DNA of 64,000 nt, taken from assembly GCA_035627655.1 (NCBI GenBank), contig DASPLI010000001.1, forward strand, positions 112,991 through 176,990. The letters are read 5' to 3'. Below the pieces are notes generated by a model that did no database searches, was not told where the DNA came from, and was given only the letters and a program-made list of their open reading frames with translations. Below, piece by piece: positions 19,125 through 29,445 of this stretch. The stretch is from Minisyncoccota bacterium. Its GTDB lineage: Bacteria > Patescibacteriota > Minisyncoccia > Phycocordibacterales > Phycocordibacteraceae. The position numbers and the translations under genes were made by a program. Numbering within the stretch: the stretch's first letter is position 1; every line of letters begins with the position of its first letter.

Positions 19125-19254
19125 GAAAATTAGTCCTTGAGACAGCCCAAGTATACTCCCCCACCTCGTGTCCGCAAGGACAATGAAATTCCGCGTACTT
19201 ACGCGGTTATACGCAGGTACTGATTAGAGAAGGTGATGATAAAATGAGTGGGAA

Positions 19255-21393
19255 ATGGCGCGGCGAAAGACAAAAGAACCAAAGGCGTACGGAGAACTTC
19301 TGCGCTGGTCAGGCGGCATCATCCTGGTCGCCCTTGGCCTTATCCTTCTCCTGGCTCCCTTTGGCGGAGCAGGCTTTGCTGGTGATGCCCTGTTTACACT
19401 CGCGAAGAACCTCTTCGGGGTTGTAGCGTTTATTCTCCCCCTCCTATTGGTGGCTATTGGAGTGATGGTTATTCTCAAGCGCTCCTTTGTCTCACCAATG
19501 ACCGGTAGCGGTATTGCACTTATTGTCCTCTCTCTACTTGCCCTGTTTGGCATCGCCTCAGAAACCCTTGGCGGCATTGTAGGTACCTTTATTGGCGGAC
19601 TCACCTATGACCTATTCAGGTGGGGTGCCGTCGTTCTTCTCCTGGCGCTTGCACTCGTGGGACTCGTAATGGCGACCGACATTGTTGCGCTTATCACTCA
19701 TCTCTCAACCGCCGCTGAAAGAGCTGGCTCTGCGGCGCTTGCCGTTAAGCTGCCAACCCTTAAAGGACGGGCTCAGGACGAAGAGGACTATGAAGATGAG
19801 CCCGAACCTGTAGAAGCGGTTGCAGAGCCGCAGCGAGATATTGAGCCGACGGTTAAACATTTCAATGAAAAGACTGAGGTGACTGCAGCAACGGCCATCC
19901 CGAACTTCGATGCCGAGTATGATCCTCCTCCCCTTTCCATTCTTGGTGAAGATCGAGGAAAGCCGGGCGTCGGGGATATCAAGGCAAATGCCAATATCAT
20001 CAAGCGCACCTTCCAGAACTTTGGCATTTCTATAGAAATGGACGAAGTATCCATCGGTCCGACCGTTACCCGCTACGCCATCAAGCCAGCCGAAGGCGTC
20101 CGTCTCTCAAAGATTGTTTCTCTCCAAAACAACCTTGAGCTTGCCCTTGCTGCCCATCCCGTCCGTATTGAGGCTCCTATTCCGGGCAAGTCTCTTGTCG
20201 GTATTGAGGTGCCAAACGCCGCGAAGGCAATGGTAGGTCTTGGCGGCGTGCTCTCAGCACCAGAATGGGGTAATAGCGAGAAGCCGCTCCTGTCTGCTAT
20301 CGGGCGCGACATTGCCGGTACACCGCACTACGTAAACATTGCCAAGATGCCACACGGCCTTGTTGCTGGTGCAACGGGATCTGGAAAGTCAGTCGCTATC
20401 CACGCCCTTATTACCTCCCTGCTCTACCGCAACGGACCGAACCAGCTCCGGTTTATCATGATCGACCCAAAGCGCGTGGAGCTTACGCTCTATAACGGTA
20501 TTCCCCACCTCCTCACACCGGTTATTACCGACCCCAAGAAGGCAATCATGGCGCTCAAATGGGCCGCAAAGGAGATGGAGCGGCGCTACAACATTCTCGA
20601 GACCGAACAGGTGCGCGATATCGACTCCTACCACAAGACGGTCGTTGAGCCAGCAAAGAAACGCAAGTCTGCTGATATGCCGGAGTCAATGCCATATATC
20701 GTCGTGGTGATCGACGAGCTTGCTGACATCATGCAGAGCTACCCGCGCGAACTGGAAGCCGGTATCGTACGCCTTGCGCAGATGTCTCGTGCAGTCGGTA
20801 TCCACCTCATCCTCTCTACCCAGCGCCCATCAGTAAACGTCATTACCGGCCTCATCAAAGCGAACGTTCCGACACGTCTTGCGCTTCAGGTGGCAAGCCA
20901 GATAGATTCGCGCACCATTCTCGATTCTGGTGGCGCTGAGTCGTTGCTTGGCGCGGGAGACATGCTCTACCTCTCGTCAGATATGCAAAAGCCAGTGCGT
21001 CTCCAGACGGCCTTTATCAGCGAAGGCGAAGTAAAGAAGGTGGTGAGCTATATCAAGGAGCATAATGCCGGCTCGCTTGGAAGCCTCGATCTTGGTGGAG
21101 GCGGTACTAATGGTGGCCAACCAATTGAAATGAATGATGCGATTATGCTCGCAGGTGAAGAAGACGTTGATGATGATCTCTACCTTGCCGCTAAGGCGGC
21201 AGTCGAAGAAGCGGGACGTGCATCCACGTCCTACCTCCAGCGAAAGCTCCGCATTGGCTACTCGCGCGCAGCACGTCTTATGGATCTTCTTGAAGAAAAG
21301 GGAGTGATCGGCGCTGCTGACGGCTCTCGCCCACGCGACGTGCTTACGCGCACTGGCGCTGCTCCGGCTCCCGAAGAGGAAGCTCCCTACTAA
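19255..21393 (+). CDS. ftsK: DNA translocase FtsK
   Basis: N-terminal TMs, Walker A GATGSGKS, DELAD, QRPSV, gamma domain LQRKLRIGYSRAARL. Confidence 0.97.
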   Translation: MARRKTKEPKAYGELLRWSGGIILVALGLILLLAPFGGAGFAGDALFTLAKNLFGVVAFILPLLLVAIGVMVILKRSFVSPMTGSGIALIVLSLLALFGIASETLGGIVGTFIGGLTYDLFRWGAVVLLLALALVGLVMATDIVALITHLSTAAERAGSAALAVKLPTLKGRAQDEEDYEDEPEPVEAVAEPQRDIEPTVKHFNEKTEVTAATAIPNFDAEYDPPPLSILGEDRGKPGVGDIKANANIIKRTFQNFGISIEMDEVSIGPTVTRYAIKPAEGVRLSKIVSLQNNLELALAAHPVRIEAPIPGKSLVGIEVPNAAKAMVGLGGVLSAPEWGNSEKPLLSAIGRDIAGTPHYVNIAKMPHGLVAGATGSGKSVAIHALITSLLYRNGPNQLRFIMIDPKRVELTLYNGIPHLLTPVITDPKKAIMALKWAAKEMERRYNILETEQVRDIDSYHKTVVEPAKKRKSADMPESMPYIVVVIDELADIMQSYPRELEAGIVRLAQMSRAVGIHLILSTQRPSVNVITGLIKANVPTRLALQVASQIDSRTILDSGGAESLLGAGDMLYLSSDMQKPVRLQTAFISEGEVKKVVSYIKEHNAGSLGSLDLGGGGTNGGQPIEMNDAIMLAGEEDVDDDLYLAAKAAVEEAGRASTSYLQRKLRIGYSRAARLMDLLEEKGVIGAADGSRPRDVLTRTGAAPAPEEEAPY

Positions 21394-21717
21394 ATGATTC
21401 GTATTGTTGTCGGATTCGTTCTTCTTCTGCTTGTCGGATACGGTGCAGTAAAAGCAGTACCGCTTCTTTCAGGTCCCTCCCTTGTCATCGCTACCCCCAG
21501 CAACTACACAACTTCTGCCGACGGGTTCATGACCGTTTCAGGCGTAGCACGCAATACTGAAGCCCTCTTTTTGAATGGCGGCCCCTTGTTGATCGACCCA
21601 GATGGGCGCTTTTCAAAGGAACTCCTCCTCCCTTCTGGTGGAGCTATACTTACCTTTACCGCGCGCGATCGTTTCGGCCGCAGTTCGACTGAAACGCGCA
21701 CCGTGTATACACCCTAA
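21394..21717 (+). CDS. Small membrane-anchored Ig-like protein
   Basis: TM helix plus a beta-sandwich pattern, tightly packed between ftsK and recA. Confidence 0.75.
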   Translation: MIRIVVGFVLLLLVGYGAVKAVPLLSGPSLVIATPSNYTTSADGFMTVSGVARNTEALFLNGGPLLIDPDGRFSKELLLPSGGAILTFTARDRFGRSSTETRTVYTP

Positions 21718-21725
21718 TAACTCTT

Positions 21726-22787
21726 ATGGCTCTCAAGAAAAAGGTGAAAAAGACTGCTGACGAAGAACGAGGTGCAAAGATTGCGAAGGCACCAGAAACC
21801 GCTGACGACCGCACAAAGGCGGTTGAGCAAGCACTCAAGGAAATCAAGACGAAGTTTGGCGAAGAAGCCATCATGACCTTCGGCACCGGCAAGGTTGCCG
21901 CTATCCCCTCCATTCCAACCGGATCTATTGGTCTTGATGCCGCGCTTGGTATCGGCGGTCTTCCCCGTGGCCGCATCGTTGAAATTTTTGGCCCTGAATC
22001 ATCAGGTAAAACCACGCTCGCTCTTCATGCAATCGCTGAGGCGCAGAAGAAAGGTGGAATCTGCGCCTTCGTAGATGCGGAGCACGCGCTCGACCCTGAA
22101 TATGCTCGAAAGATTGGCGTAAAACTCAATGAGCTTCTTATTTCGCAGCCAGACACTGGCGAACAGGCGCTCGAGATCGTTGACTCGCTCGTGCGGGCAA
22201 ACTCCGTAGACATTATCGTCGTTGACTCTGTCGCAGCACTCACGCCGAAAGACGAGCTTGAGGGAGAGATGGGACAACAGCACGTCGGTCGCCAGGCGCG
22301 CCTCATGGCGCAGGCGCTCCGCAAGTTGACCGCTATTACAGCAAAGTCAAAGACGATCATCATCTTTATCAATCAGATCCGCATGCAGATCGGCGTGATG
22401 TTTGGAAACCCAGAGACCACCCCAGGCGGCAAGGCGCTCAAGTTCTATACGTCCGTCCGTCTCGATATTCGCCGTATTGCACAGATCAAGAAAGGTGAAG
22501 AAGTAGTCGGCGGCCGCGTGCGCGTGAAGGTCGTGAAGAATAAGGTTGCTGCTCCGTTCAAGACAACTGAATTCGACCTTCTGTATAACGAAGGCATCAG
22601 CCGCGAGGGAGAGCTTCTCGCGCTCGGCGAGAAATACGACATCATTGAGAAGTCTGGTGCCTCGTACAAGTTCGGCGAGATCCCGCTTGGACGCGGCTAC
22701 GACGCATCACGAACCTTTCTTCGAGAGAACAAGCCGATTGCAAACGATATCTTGAAACAAATCCGAGCAAGGCTCGAGCAATCCTAA
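21726..22787 (+). CDS. recA: Recombinase RecA
   Basis: GPESSGKTT and [17 protein letters not shown] motifs. Confidence 0.99.
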   Translation: MALKKKVKKTADEERGAKIAKAPETADDRTKAVEQALKEIKTKFGEEAIMTFGTGKVAAIPSIPTGSIGLDAALGIGGLPRGRIVEIFGPESSGKTTLALHAIAEAQKKGGICAFVDAEHALDPEYARKIGVKLNELLISQPDTGEQALEIVDSLVRANSVDIIVVDSVAALTPKDELEGEMGQQHVGRQARLMAQALRKLTAITAKSKTIIIFINQIRMQIGVMFGNPETTPGGKALKFYTSVRLDIRRIAQIKKGEEVVGGRVRVKVVKNKVAAPFKTTEFDLLYNEGISREGELLALGEKYDIIEKSGASYKFGEIPLGRGYDASRTFLRENKPIANDILKQIRARLEQS

Positions 22788-22835
22788 AACGTAAAAGAGC
22801 CGCTGTCGAGAAGACAGCGGCTCTCTGTTTCGGCA

Positions 22836-23744
22836 TTAATCTGCCGATTCCTCGCGATTCCAATCGCCGACCGAGACGTTTTGGATAGAAAGGCTTTGCA
22901 GCCAGTCCGGTCGAATGGCCGGATTGTCTTCGAGCTGGAGCCCGAGACGAACCGACATCGGCACGGACGCTTGGCTGCGTCCCGCCCAGTACCCTGCTTC
23001 GCCAACGGCCGTCTGACCAGGCGCCGCTTCAGCACGAATAAGGCGCTCCATTTCAGGCTTGAGAAGATCAACGATCTCCTGGCCCAAATAGAATTCGTTT
23101 CCGCCGTCTCGATTTAGATCGGGCGGATGGTTACGAATCTGCGCCTCGAGCTCCGGGGTAAGCACCGCACTCCATTCCAGAGTGAAGCGGACATTGACCC
23201 AGTCGCTGTCGCTCATGGGAATCCGAGCATCGAAGACGCCGGAATCCGTGAGCGGCACCCGTAAGCTTGTAGGCTCCTGATAGTTGCGGGCGACCGACTG
23301 CCCTGCTGTGAGTATAGAACCGTCAGCCGTGATTCGGATTTCTCCGGGAGCGACCGTGTGTGTGTTTGACGAAGCCGTAACAAGCCCCACAAACAGCCAA
23401 CCAACAATCGCCATGACGGCGAAGAAGGTCACCGGTGGCCACACAAGCTCGCTGCGGAACCGGTTCCACTGCCAAGAGCCGACAGCTGGTGCCAGGCTCC
23501 AACCCAGAATACCGCCGCCAATCAGTGCGACCCAGACAAGTGCCGAGGCAAGATTGGAAGCGTTGTTTTCAAGATCCCCGACGAGCGAGGCGGTTGCAAG
23601 CGTGCCAAGCGCCGCAAGCGCAAGAACGAGAGCAACCAGGAGGCCAGCAAGGTTGAGGAGAAAGAAGCTGACGGCACGGCCAAATGCTGGCAACCATCGA
23701 TTCTTTCGGTCCCGGGTATCGTAGTCTGTGTCTATCACCGTCAT
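22836..23744 (-). CDS. Hypothetical membrane protein (3 TM plus soluble domain)
   Basis: Long ORF with its own TTGACA promoter near 23815 and a terminator shared with recA. Confidence 0.7.
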   Translation of the reverse strand: MTVIDTDYDTRDRKNRWLPAFGRAVSFFLLNLAGLLVALVLALAALGTLATASLVGDLENNASNLASALVWVALIGGGILGWSLAPAVGSWQWNRFRSELVWPPVTFFAVMAIVGWLFVGLVTASSNTHTVAPGEIRITADGSILTAGQSVARNYQEPTSLRVPLTDSGVFDARIPMSDSDWVNVRFTLEWSAVLTPELEAQIRNHPPDLNRDGGNEFYLGQEIVDLLKPEMERLIRAEAAPGQTAVGEAGYWAGRSQASVPMSVRLGLQLEDNPAIRPDWLQSLSIQNVSVGDWNREESAD

Positions 23745-23886
23745 GTGACAGTACCCTTTCCGTAGTAACAGATCGATTTGATCCGTCGACGATTATGTCC
23801 CATAACTAGTATATGTCAAAGGCTCGTTGAAATCATCGCGGCTTTCAGCTACTATTTCCCCACTAACCCGCCTTCGGGCATTTTTT

Positions 23887-24462
23887 ATGGCAATTCTTTC
23901 CTACAACGAAATTACCCAAAAGAAGGTCATCGAATACAACGGCGAGCCGTACAAGGTGCTCTCCTCGCACGTGTTCCGCATGCAACAGCGCAAGCCGGTC
24001 AACCAGACGAAGCTGCAGCACCTGGTTTCCGGAAAGGTCGTGGAGATCTCCTTTCATCAGAACGAATCGGTACCGGAAGCCGATATCGAAACCATGGACG
24101 CAACATATCTCTACACCAACCGCGGCGAATCGTGGTTCTGCGAGGCGGGCAATCCAAAGAATCGGTTCTCTTTCCCTGAGGATGTCGTGCATGAGAAAGT
24201 GCAATGGCTTATTCAGAACGCTCCGGTAGAAGTGTTGGTCTATAAGGAAAAGCCGATCATGGTAGAGATTCCAGTCAAAGTTGACCTCAAGGTGACCGAA
24301 GCACCTCCGGCGGTCAAAGGAGACACCGCAACGGGCGGCTCCAAGCAGGTCACCCTTGAATCAGGCGCAACTGTCTCTACCCCGCTTTTCATCAACGAAG
24401 GAGATGTTCTTCGTATCAACACCGAAACCGGCGAATACGTAGAACGCATGGAAAAGGCGTAA
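23887..24462 (+). CDS. efp: Elongation factor P
   Basis: PAVKGDTATGGSK, PLFINEGDVLRINTETGEYVER. The loop reads MQQRKP. Confidence 0.95.
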   Translation: MAILSYNEITQKKVIEYNGEPYKVLSSHVFRMQQRKPVNQTKLQHLVSGKVVEISFHQNESVPEADIETMDATYLYTNRGESWFCEAGNPKNRFSFPEDVVHEKVQWLIQNAPVEVLVYKEKPIMVEIPVKVDLKVTEAPPAVKGDTATGGSKQVTLESGATVSTPLFINEGDVLRINTETGEYVERMEKA

Positions 24463-24557
24463 TATACTCCTTTCCAGACAGTCACCCGTGGAGAGTGGGC
24501 AAGGTAGGAGGGTTCTCCAACGGGTCGGGCGTCGACTCTCCTACCGTTCTCCAAACG

Positions 24558-24583
24558 AAAAGACCGCTCAGTGAGCGGTCTTT
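24558..24583. terminator. Bidirectional intrinsic terminator
   Basis: AAAAGACCGCTCA-G-TGAGCGGTCTTT between the convergent efp and rpsR. Confidence 0.75.
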
Positions 24584-24599
24584 CCTGTACTACACCGTC

Positions 24600-24806
24600 T
24601 TACGCTGAGAGATACGGCAAGAGCGCCATATAGCGAGCGCGCTTGATTGCAAGTGCAATCTGGCGCTGCTTCTCAGCGGACATGCCCGTGCGCTTCTTGG
24701 GAAGCATCTTGGCATGCGGGTTCATGAACTTGCGAAGATAGCCGACGTCTTTGTAGTCGACAAACTTCTTGTGTTCGATTTCCTCTCGTTCTGCTTGATA
24801 TGCCAT
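24600..24806 (-). CDS. rpsR: 30S ribosomal protein S18
   Basis: VDYKD...QRQIALAIKRARYMALLPY. Confidence 0.96.
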   Translation of the reverse strand: MAYQAEREEIEHKKFVDYKDVGYLRKFMNPHAKMLPKKRTGMSAEKQRQIALAIKRARYMALLPYLSA

Positions 24807-24817
24807 AGTTTCAATAA

Positions 24818-25255
24818 TTAAAACGGAATGTCTTCCGGGTTGATCTCCTCATCTGGGTACTGAATCTGGTCGCCCGAATCCTGCTGCGGCGCTTCGTCGC
24901 GATCATCGCCGCGACCGCCACCAGCAGCCCCGCCGCCCGGACCAAACTGGAAGTTCTCAACGACAATTTCCGTTCGGTACTGCTTGGAGCCATCCTTCTC
25001 CCAAGAACGGGTCTGGATGCGGCCCTCGACGAAGATGGGGCGGCCCTTCTTCATGTACTGCCCGATAAGCTCTGCCTGACGGCCGAACGCGACGACGTTA
25101 TGGTACTCAACCTGCTCCTTCTTTGCCCCATCGCGGTCCTTATAGACGCGGTTGGTGGCAATGGAGAAGTTTGCTACCTGCTGGCCCGACGGAAGCGCCC
25201 GCATTTCAGGGTCGCGGGTGAGGTTTCCGTAGATAAAGGCCTTGTTGAGGTACAT
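24818..25255 (-). CDS. ssb: Single-stranded DNA-binding protein
   Basis: GNLTRDPE motif and acidic EDIPF tail. Confidence 0.97.
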   Translation of the reverse strand: MYLNKAFIYGNLTRDPEMRALPSGQQVANFSIATNRVYKDRDGAKKEQVEYHNVVAFGRQAELIGQYMKKGRPIFVEGRIQTRSWEKDGSKQYRTEIVVENFQFGPGGGAAGGGRGDDRDEAPQQDSGDQIQYPDEEINPEDIPF

Positions 25256-25262
25256 GCAGTAA

Positions 25263-25751
25263 TTATACTCCTACCTCCTTGAGCGCAGCGTCGATTTCGG
25301 CATCAGACACCTCAGGCTCTCCTTCCGGTTCTGAGACCTTTGCAAGAAGCTCCTGCATCTCCGCAGAGTGGCGAGCCTCCTCCTTGGTCGTGCGAAGGTC
25401 GATGAAGCGGAATACGCGGGACTCACCCTTTACCGCCTCCAGGGCGGCATCATGCCCTTCCCCGTCTACTTCGTACGCAATCCACGAGAAGTGGCTTGCA
25501 TCGAAGTCGCGGCGACCTCCCTGCTCCTGACGATAGATCGTGTACGCAAGCGGGATTTTGACCGGCTCGCCCTCAGCGACAATCTCGCCCTTGATAGCAT
25601 CGCGAATACCCTGGTAGACCTTGCGAGCCTCCTCTGCAGTGAGCTCAGGATCAATGTGAAAACCGAGCTCGTAGACACGAGGCTCTGCGTGATTATCGTC
25701 CTCTGTCATGACGTCTTCGACGTCGAGGACCTCTTTCTCCTTCTTTGCCAT
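25263..25751 (-). CDS. rpsF: 30S ribosomal protein S6
   Basis: YEL...LAYTI motif and the rpsF-ssb-rpsR order. Confidence 0.88.
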   Translation of the reverse strand: MAKKEKEVLDVEDVMTEDDNHAEPRVYELGFHIDPELTAEEARKVYQGIRDAIKGEIVAEGEPVKIPLAYTIYRQEQGGRRDFDASHFSWIAYEVDGEGHDAALEAVKGESRVFRFIDLRTTKEEARHSAEMQELLAKVSEPEGEPEVSDAEIDAALKEVGV

Positions 25752-25806
25752 GATGGGGGCATCCTAGCACGGCCTATTTCCGAGGGCAAACCGCCCCAGG
25801 CGGGCC

Positions 25807-26598
25807 CTAGGAGAGCCGAAACACCCTCCGGGCGTTCTCAAGCATGGCCAGACGGATGGTTTCCTCGTCTTCCCCTCGAATACGGGCTATAGCCTTCACC
25901 ACCTCTCGTACAGCAAGCGGGTCATTGCGCTTCCCGCGATTGGGTGCCGGCGCAACGTACGGAGCGTCCGTTTCCGAAAGAATGGCAGAGAGAGGAAGGA
26001 ATCGGACCACGTCATCGTAGTCGCTCGTAAAGGTAAGCACGGCAGTAAAAGAAAAGGTGCACCCAAGGGCAAGAAGTTCTTTTGTAACCTCGATGTTTCC
26101 GACATAAAAATGCATGTTCCCGCGCACACGCGCTCCGTGACGTTCCTGTGCAGCTTTCAAGAGCGTGATTGTGTCTTCATAGGCGTTCATTGATCCTTTG
26201 GAGGGGCGCGCATGAATCATGAGGGGCTTATCAAGCTCTGCCGCAAGATCGATCTGCGCGACAAATGCATTTTTCTGACGGTCTTTCTCCTCCTCTGGGT
26301 TTTCCGGCCGGTAATAATCAAGCCCGCACTCCCCTATCGCAACTACCTTTGGATCCTGTCCAAGTGTTTTATAGAAATCGTGATCGTACCCTTCCTGCGG
26401 CTTATCGTTTGGATGGAGGCCAATGGTTGCAAAATAGGTTGTGCCGTCTGCAAGCGCGACTGCCTTCTCAGATGATTCTCGATCGGTACCAACAATGATG
26501 CCGCCAACGTCCGCTTCTCGCATGGCAGCAAACACGGCGTCACGGTCGGCGTCGTACGGTTCGTATTGAATATGGCAGTGCGCATCGAAATACCGCAT
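25807..26598 (-). CDS. tatD: TatD family DNase
   Basis: DAHCH, GLHP, IGECGLDY and ETDAPY motifs. Confidence 0.95.
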   Translation of the reverse strand: MRYFDAHCHIQYEPYDADRDAVFAAMREADVGGIIVGTDRESSEKAVALADGTTYFATIGLHPNDKPQEGYDHDFYKTLGQDPKVVAIGECGLDYYRPENPEEEKDRQKNAFVAQIDLAAELDKPLMIHARPSKGSMNAYEDTITLLKAAQERHGARVRGNMHFYVGNIEVTKELLALGCTFSFTAVLTFTSDYDDVVRFLPLSAILSETDAPYVAPAPNRGKRNDPLAVREVVKAIARIRGEDEETIRLAMLENARRVFRLS

Positions 26599-26667
26599 GC
26601 GAGCTACCATACCATAACGAGTTCGCCGCGCCCCAGGATATACATCCCAAGACGCGGCGTGGTTCGG

Positions 26668-26862
26668 TTATTCGACGACCATCAAGGCCAAGCTCGCGAG
26701 GGCGCCGTTGGCGATGCCCCCGAAAGCCTTCAGACCCGCTTCTTCATGTTGACGCAGCAGCGTGCGGCGCTCGGTGAGGAGCTCGCGCGCTTCTACAAGC
26801 GGGCTGGGCTCTGCAAGAGCCGCAGCAAGAGTGTCGTTCGACGAACCATTTTGATGTGACAT
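26668..26862 (-). CDS. Small hypothetical protein (64 aa)
   Basis: AGGAG SD and a TTGACA-17-TACTAT promoter at 26908-26936. Confidence 0.55.
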   Translation of the reverse strand: MSHQNGSSNDTLAAALAEPSPLVEARELLTERRTLLRQHEEAGLKAFGGIANGALASLALMVVE

Positions 26863-26941
26863 CTGAATGCTCCTGTTACGGGCGAGACGTCCACCTACCC
26901 AATGTCCATAGTATCACACTATGGTGAATATGTCAATAGCC

Positions 26942-28378
26942 CTACGGAAGTCGCGGGAAGAGGTTTTCTGGCTTTCGGTTATCACGAACGGCAGCCTGTA
27001 TTGCCTCGGCAGTCGCCGGCAGTACGGGAGCGAGGTGTGCGGCAAGTTTTGCAAGGTGACGTACCAGCTTCTCAATGTCTGCAATCGCCTCCCCTTTCGT
27101 TTCCTCTTGCTTCACCTTCTTATATGGCTCCCGTTCCGTCATATAGGCGTCTCCCTGAGCTACATGCTCGAACACGAGATCAAGTGCCTGCTGGAACTCG
27201 AACGCCTGTAAACGGTCGGTGAACGCCGCTTCAAGTACAGTGTCTTGATCCGTAAGAGCAATCGGCGCAACAAGATGCTCCTCTGCAAGCTTCATGACGC
27301 GTGCGACAAGATTCCCCAGTCCATTGACGAGGTTTGCGGTGTACCACTCATCAAGTCGCTCCCAGGTGACATCTGAATCTTCGAACGGATGCACGTGGCG
27401 AAGCAGGAGGTAACGGGTTGCGTCCGTTCCGTACTTTGCCGTGAGCTCATACGGATTTATGACGTTTCCAAGCGACTTAGACATCTTCTGTCCACCGGAT
27501 GTGATGAAGCCGTGATAGAACACCTGGTCGCTATTTTTGATGCCTGCAGAAAAAAGCATTGCTTGCCACATGAGTGACTGAAAACGGACCTGATCCTTCC
27601 CCGCTACCTGCAGCGCCAGACCGTCGAGCCAGAACTTCTTGAAGTTCCCTTCTTCGTTTGGCCAGCCGAGCGTTGAGATGTAATTAGTGAGCGCATCAAA
27701 CCAGACATACATGACCTGAGTGTCGTCTCCCGGCACTGGCACACCCCACGAAAGGCGCGCTTTCTCGCGAGAGATGCTGAAATCTTCAAGACCACCCTTC
27801 ACAAAAGCAATCGCCTCTTCTCGACGCCAGTCCGGTACAACAACATTCGGACGAGCGAGATACTCTAGAAGCTTGTCCTGATATTTTGAGAAACGGAAAA
27901 AGTAGTTTTCTTCGGTAAGCGTCTGGAGCTCTTGGTTCGGATGCAGCAAGCAGCGTCCTGCATCGTCGAGATCCTTTTCCGTCTTATAGGATTCGCACCC
28001 GACGCAGTATTGGCCAGAATATGATTTTTTATAGATATCCCCCGCTGCATCACAGCGGCGCCACATCTCCTGCGCTGCGGCATAGTGTTCTGGATTCGTC
28101 GTACGGATAAAAGTGTCGTTGCTGAGAGCAAGCGCTTCTTTGAGCTTGCGGAACTCCGCGGCGTAGTGATCGGTATACGCTTTGACATCCTGTCCGGCTT
28201 TCTCCGACGCTTCAAAAATCTTCTGTCCATGCTCGTCAGTTCCCGTCGAGAAAAAGACTCTATCTCCCGTGAGTCGCCAGAAACGAGCAAGTGCATCTGC
28301 CTGAATAATCTCGAGTGCAAATCCGATGTGCGGATCTGCATTTACATACGGAAGCGTCGTCGTGATGTAGCGGTTCAT
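26942..28378 (-). CDS. metG: Methionine--tRNA ligase (short form)
   Basis: HIGF, GTDEHG, YVWFDAL and KMSKS motifs. Confidence 0.97.
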   Translation of the reverse strand: MNRYITTTLPYVNADPHIGFALEIIQADALARFWRLTGDRVFFSTGTDEHGQKIFEASEKAGQDVKAYTDHYAAEFRKLKEALALSNDTFIRTTNPEHYAAAQEMWRRCDAAGDIYKKSYSGQYCVGCESYKTEKDLDDAGRCLLHPNQELQTLTEENYFFRFSKYQDKLLEYLARPNVVVPDWRREEAIAFVKGGLEDFSISREKARLSWGVPVPGDDTQVMYVWFDALTNYISTLGWPNEEGNFKKFWLDGLALQVAGKDQVRFQSLMWQAMLFSAGIKNSDQVFYHGFITSGGQKMSKSLGNVINPYELTAKYGTDATRYLLLRHVHPFEDSDVTWERLDEWYTANLVNGLGNLVARVMKLAEEHLVAPIALTDQDTVLEAAFTDRLQAFEFQQALDLVFEHVAQGDAYMTEREPYKKVKQEETKGEAIADIEKLVRHLAKLAAHLAPVLPATAEAIQAAVRDNRKPENLFPRLP

Positions 28379-29409
28379 TCTGGCTGCGATACCTTCCCTT
28401 TCTGAAGATCAGACACGAATTCCTGGATACAGGCGGCGGCAGGAACAGCAAGCAGCACGCCAAGGAAACCTGCCAGCTGACCACCCGCAAGAAGCGCGAT
28501 GATGACGATAATAGGCGGCACGCCCACAATCTTTTTCACCACGAGCGGATAGATAAGGTGTGCCTGGAACTGGTTCACGATGAGATAGAGACCAGCAACT
28601 ACGACCGCAAGCGTCAGGTCTCCAGATATGAGTGCTACGAGAATGCCGGGAACGGCAGCGACAAGCGAGCCGAATACCGGAATCAACTCCATAACGCCCG
28701 CAAAGATAGCGAGCAGGAGCGCGTACTGGACGCCCAGGAGCGAAAGACCAAGGAAAAGGAGTACTGTGATGATCACCGAGAGCAGAATCTGTCCCTGCAT
28801 CCAGAGACCAATCTTCTTCTGAGAGCGCTTCCAGAGACCAAGAATGTAGTCGCGATGCTTCGCTGGAGTCACGAGGCGCAGGAAGTCGTCGATGCCTGTC
28901 TCCTGAAGGGAGAAGTAGATTGAGACAACCATCGTAAGAAGGAAGTAGACAGCGCCGCCGAAGATCGACGATACGAACTGGAGAACGCCGGCGCCGGTAT
29001 CGACGAAGGCATTCTGGAGCTGCACGATCGATTCGGTAAACGACGGACCAACAACAGTTCCCTCAAGAAACGGTAGCGAGGTGAGGTTGCTGACCTGGCT
29101 TGCGTACTGTGGAAGCACGGCCAGGACCGCAATCGCTTCTGCAAGCATGGGTGGGATAAAGAACCATACCAGCATCACCAGAAGGGCGATAATAAGCGCG
29201 TAGACAAGCACAACCGCAAGCGGACGGGGGAACTTACGTCTGAGGAAGAACTCGACGCCTGGCTCTACCGCTGACGCGATCACAATCGCCGAAAGAAGCA
29301 TGAGCACCAAGGTCGAGAGCTGCCAGAACGCCCAGGCGGCAGCCACGACAATAAGGACTTTTACCAGGGTTCCGAATGATACCGAGACGGAGAGGTGGCG
29401 GTATTCCAT
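28375..29409 (-). CDS. AI-2E family (UPF0118) transporter
   Basis: IPVFGS...P...GVLLAVP pattern with ~8 TM helices. Confidence 0.9.
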   Translation of the reverse strand: MEYRHLSVSVSFGTLVKVLIVVAAAWAFWQLSTLVLMLLSAIVIASAVEPGVEFFLRRKFPRPLAVVLVYALIIALLVMLVWFFIPPMLAEAIAVLAVLPQYASQVSNLTSLPFLEGTVVGPSFTESIVQLQNAFVDTGAGVLQFVSSIFGGAVYFLLTMVVSIYFSLQETGIDDFLRLVTPAKHRDYILGLWKRSQKKIGLWMQGQILLSVIITVLLFLGLSLLGVQYALLLAIFAGVMELIPVFGSLVAAVPGILVALISGDLTLAVVVAGLYLIVNQFQAHLIYPLVVKKIVGVPPIIVIIALLAGGQLAGFLGVLLAVPAAACIQEFVSDLQKGKVSQPE

Positions 29410-29445
29410 GGGGCTGATACTAGCACAACCGCCGCAAAGCAGCTG

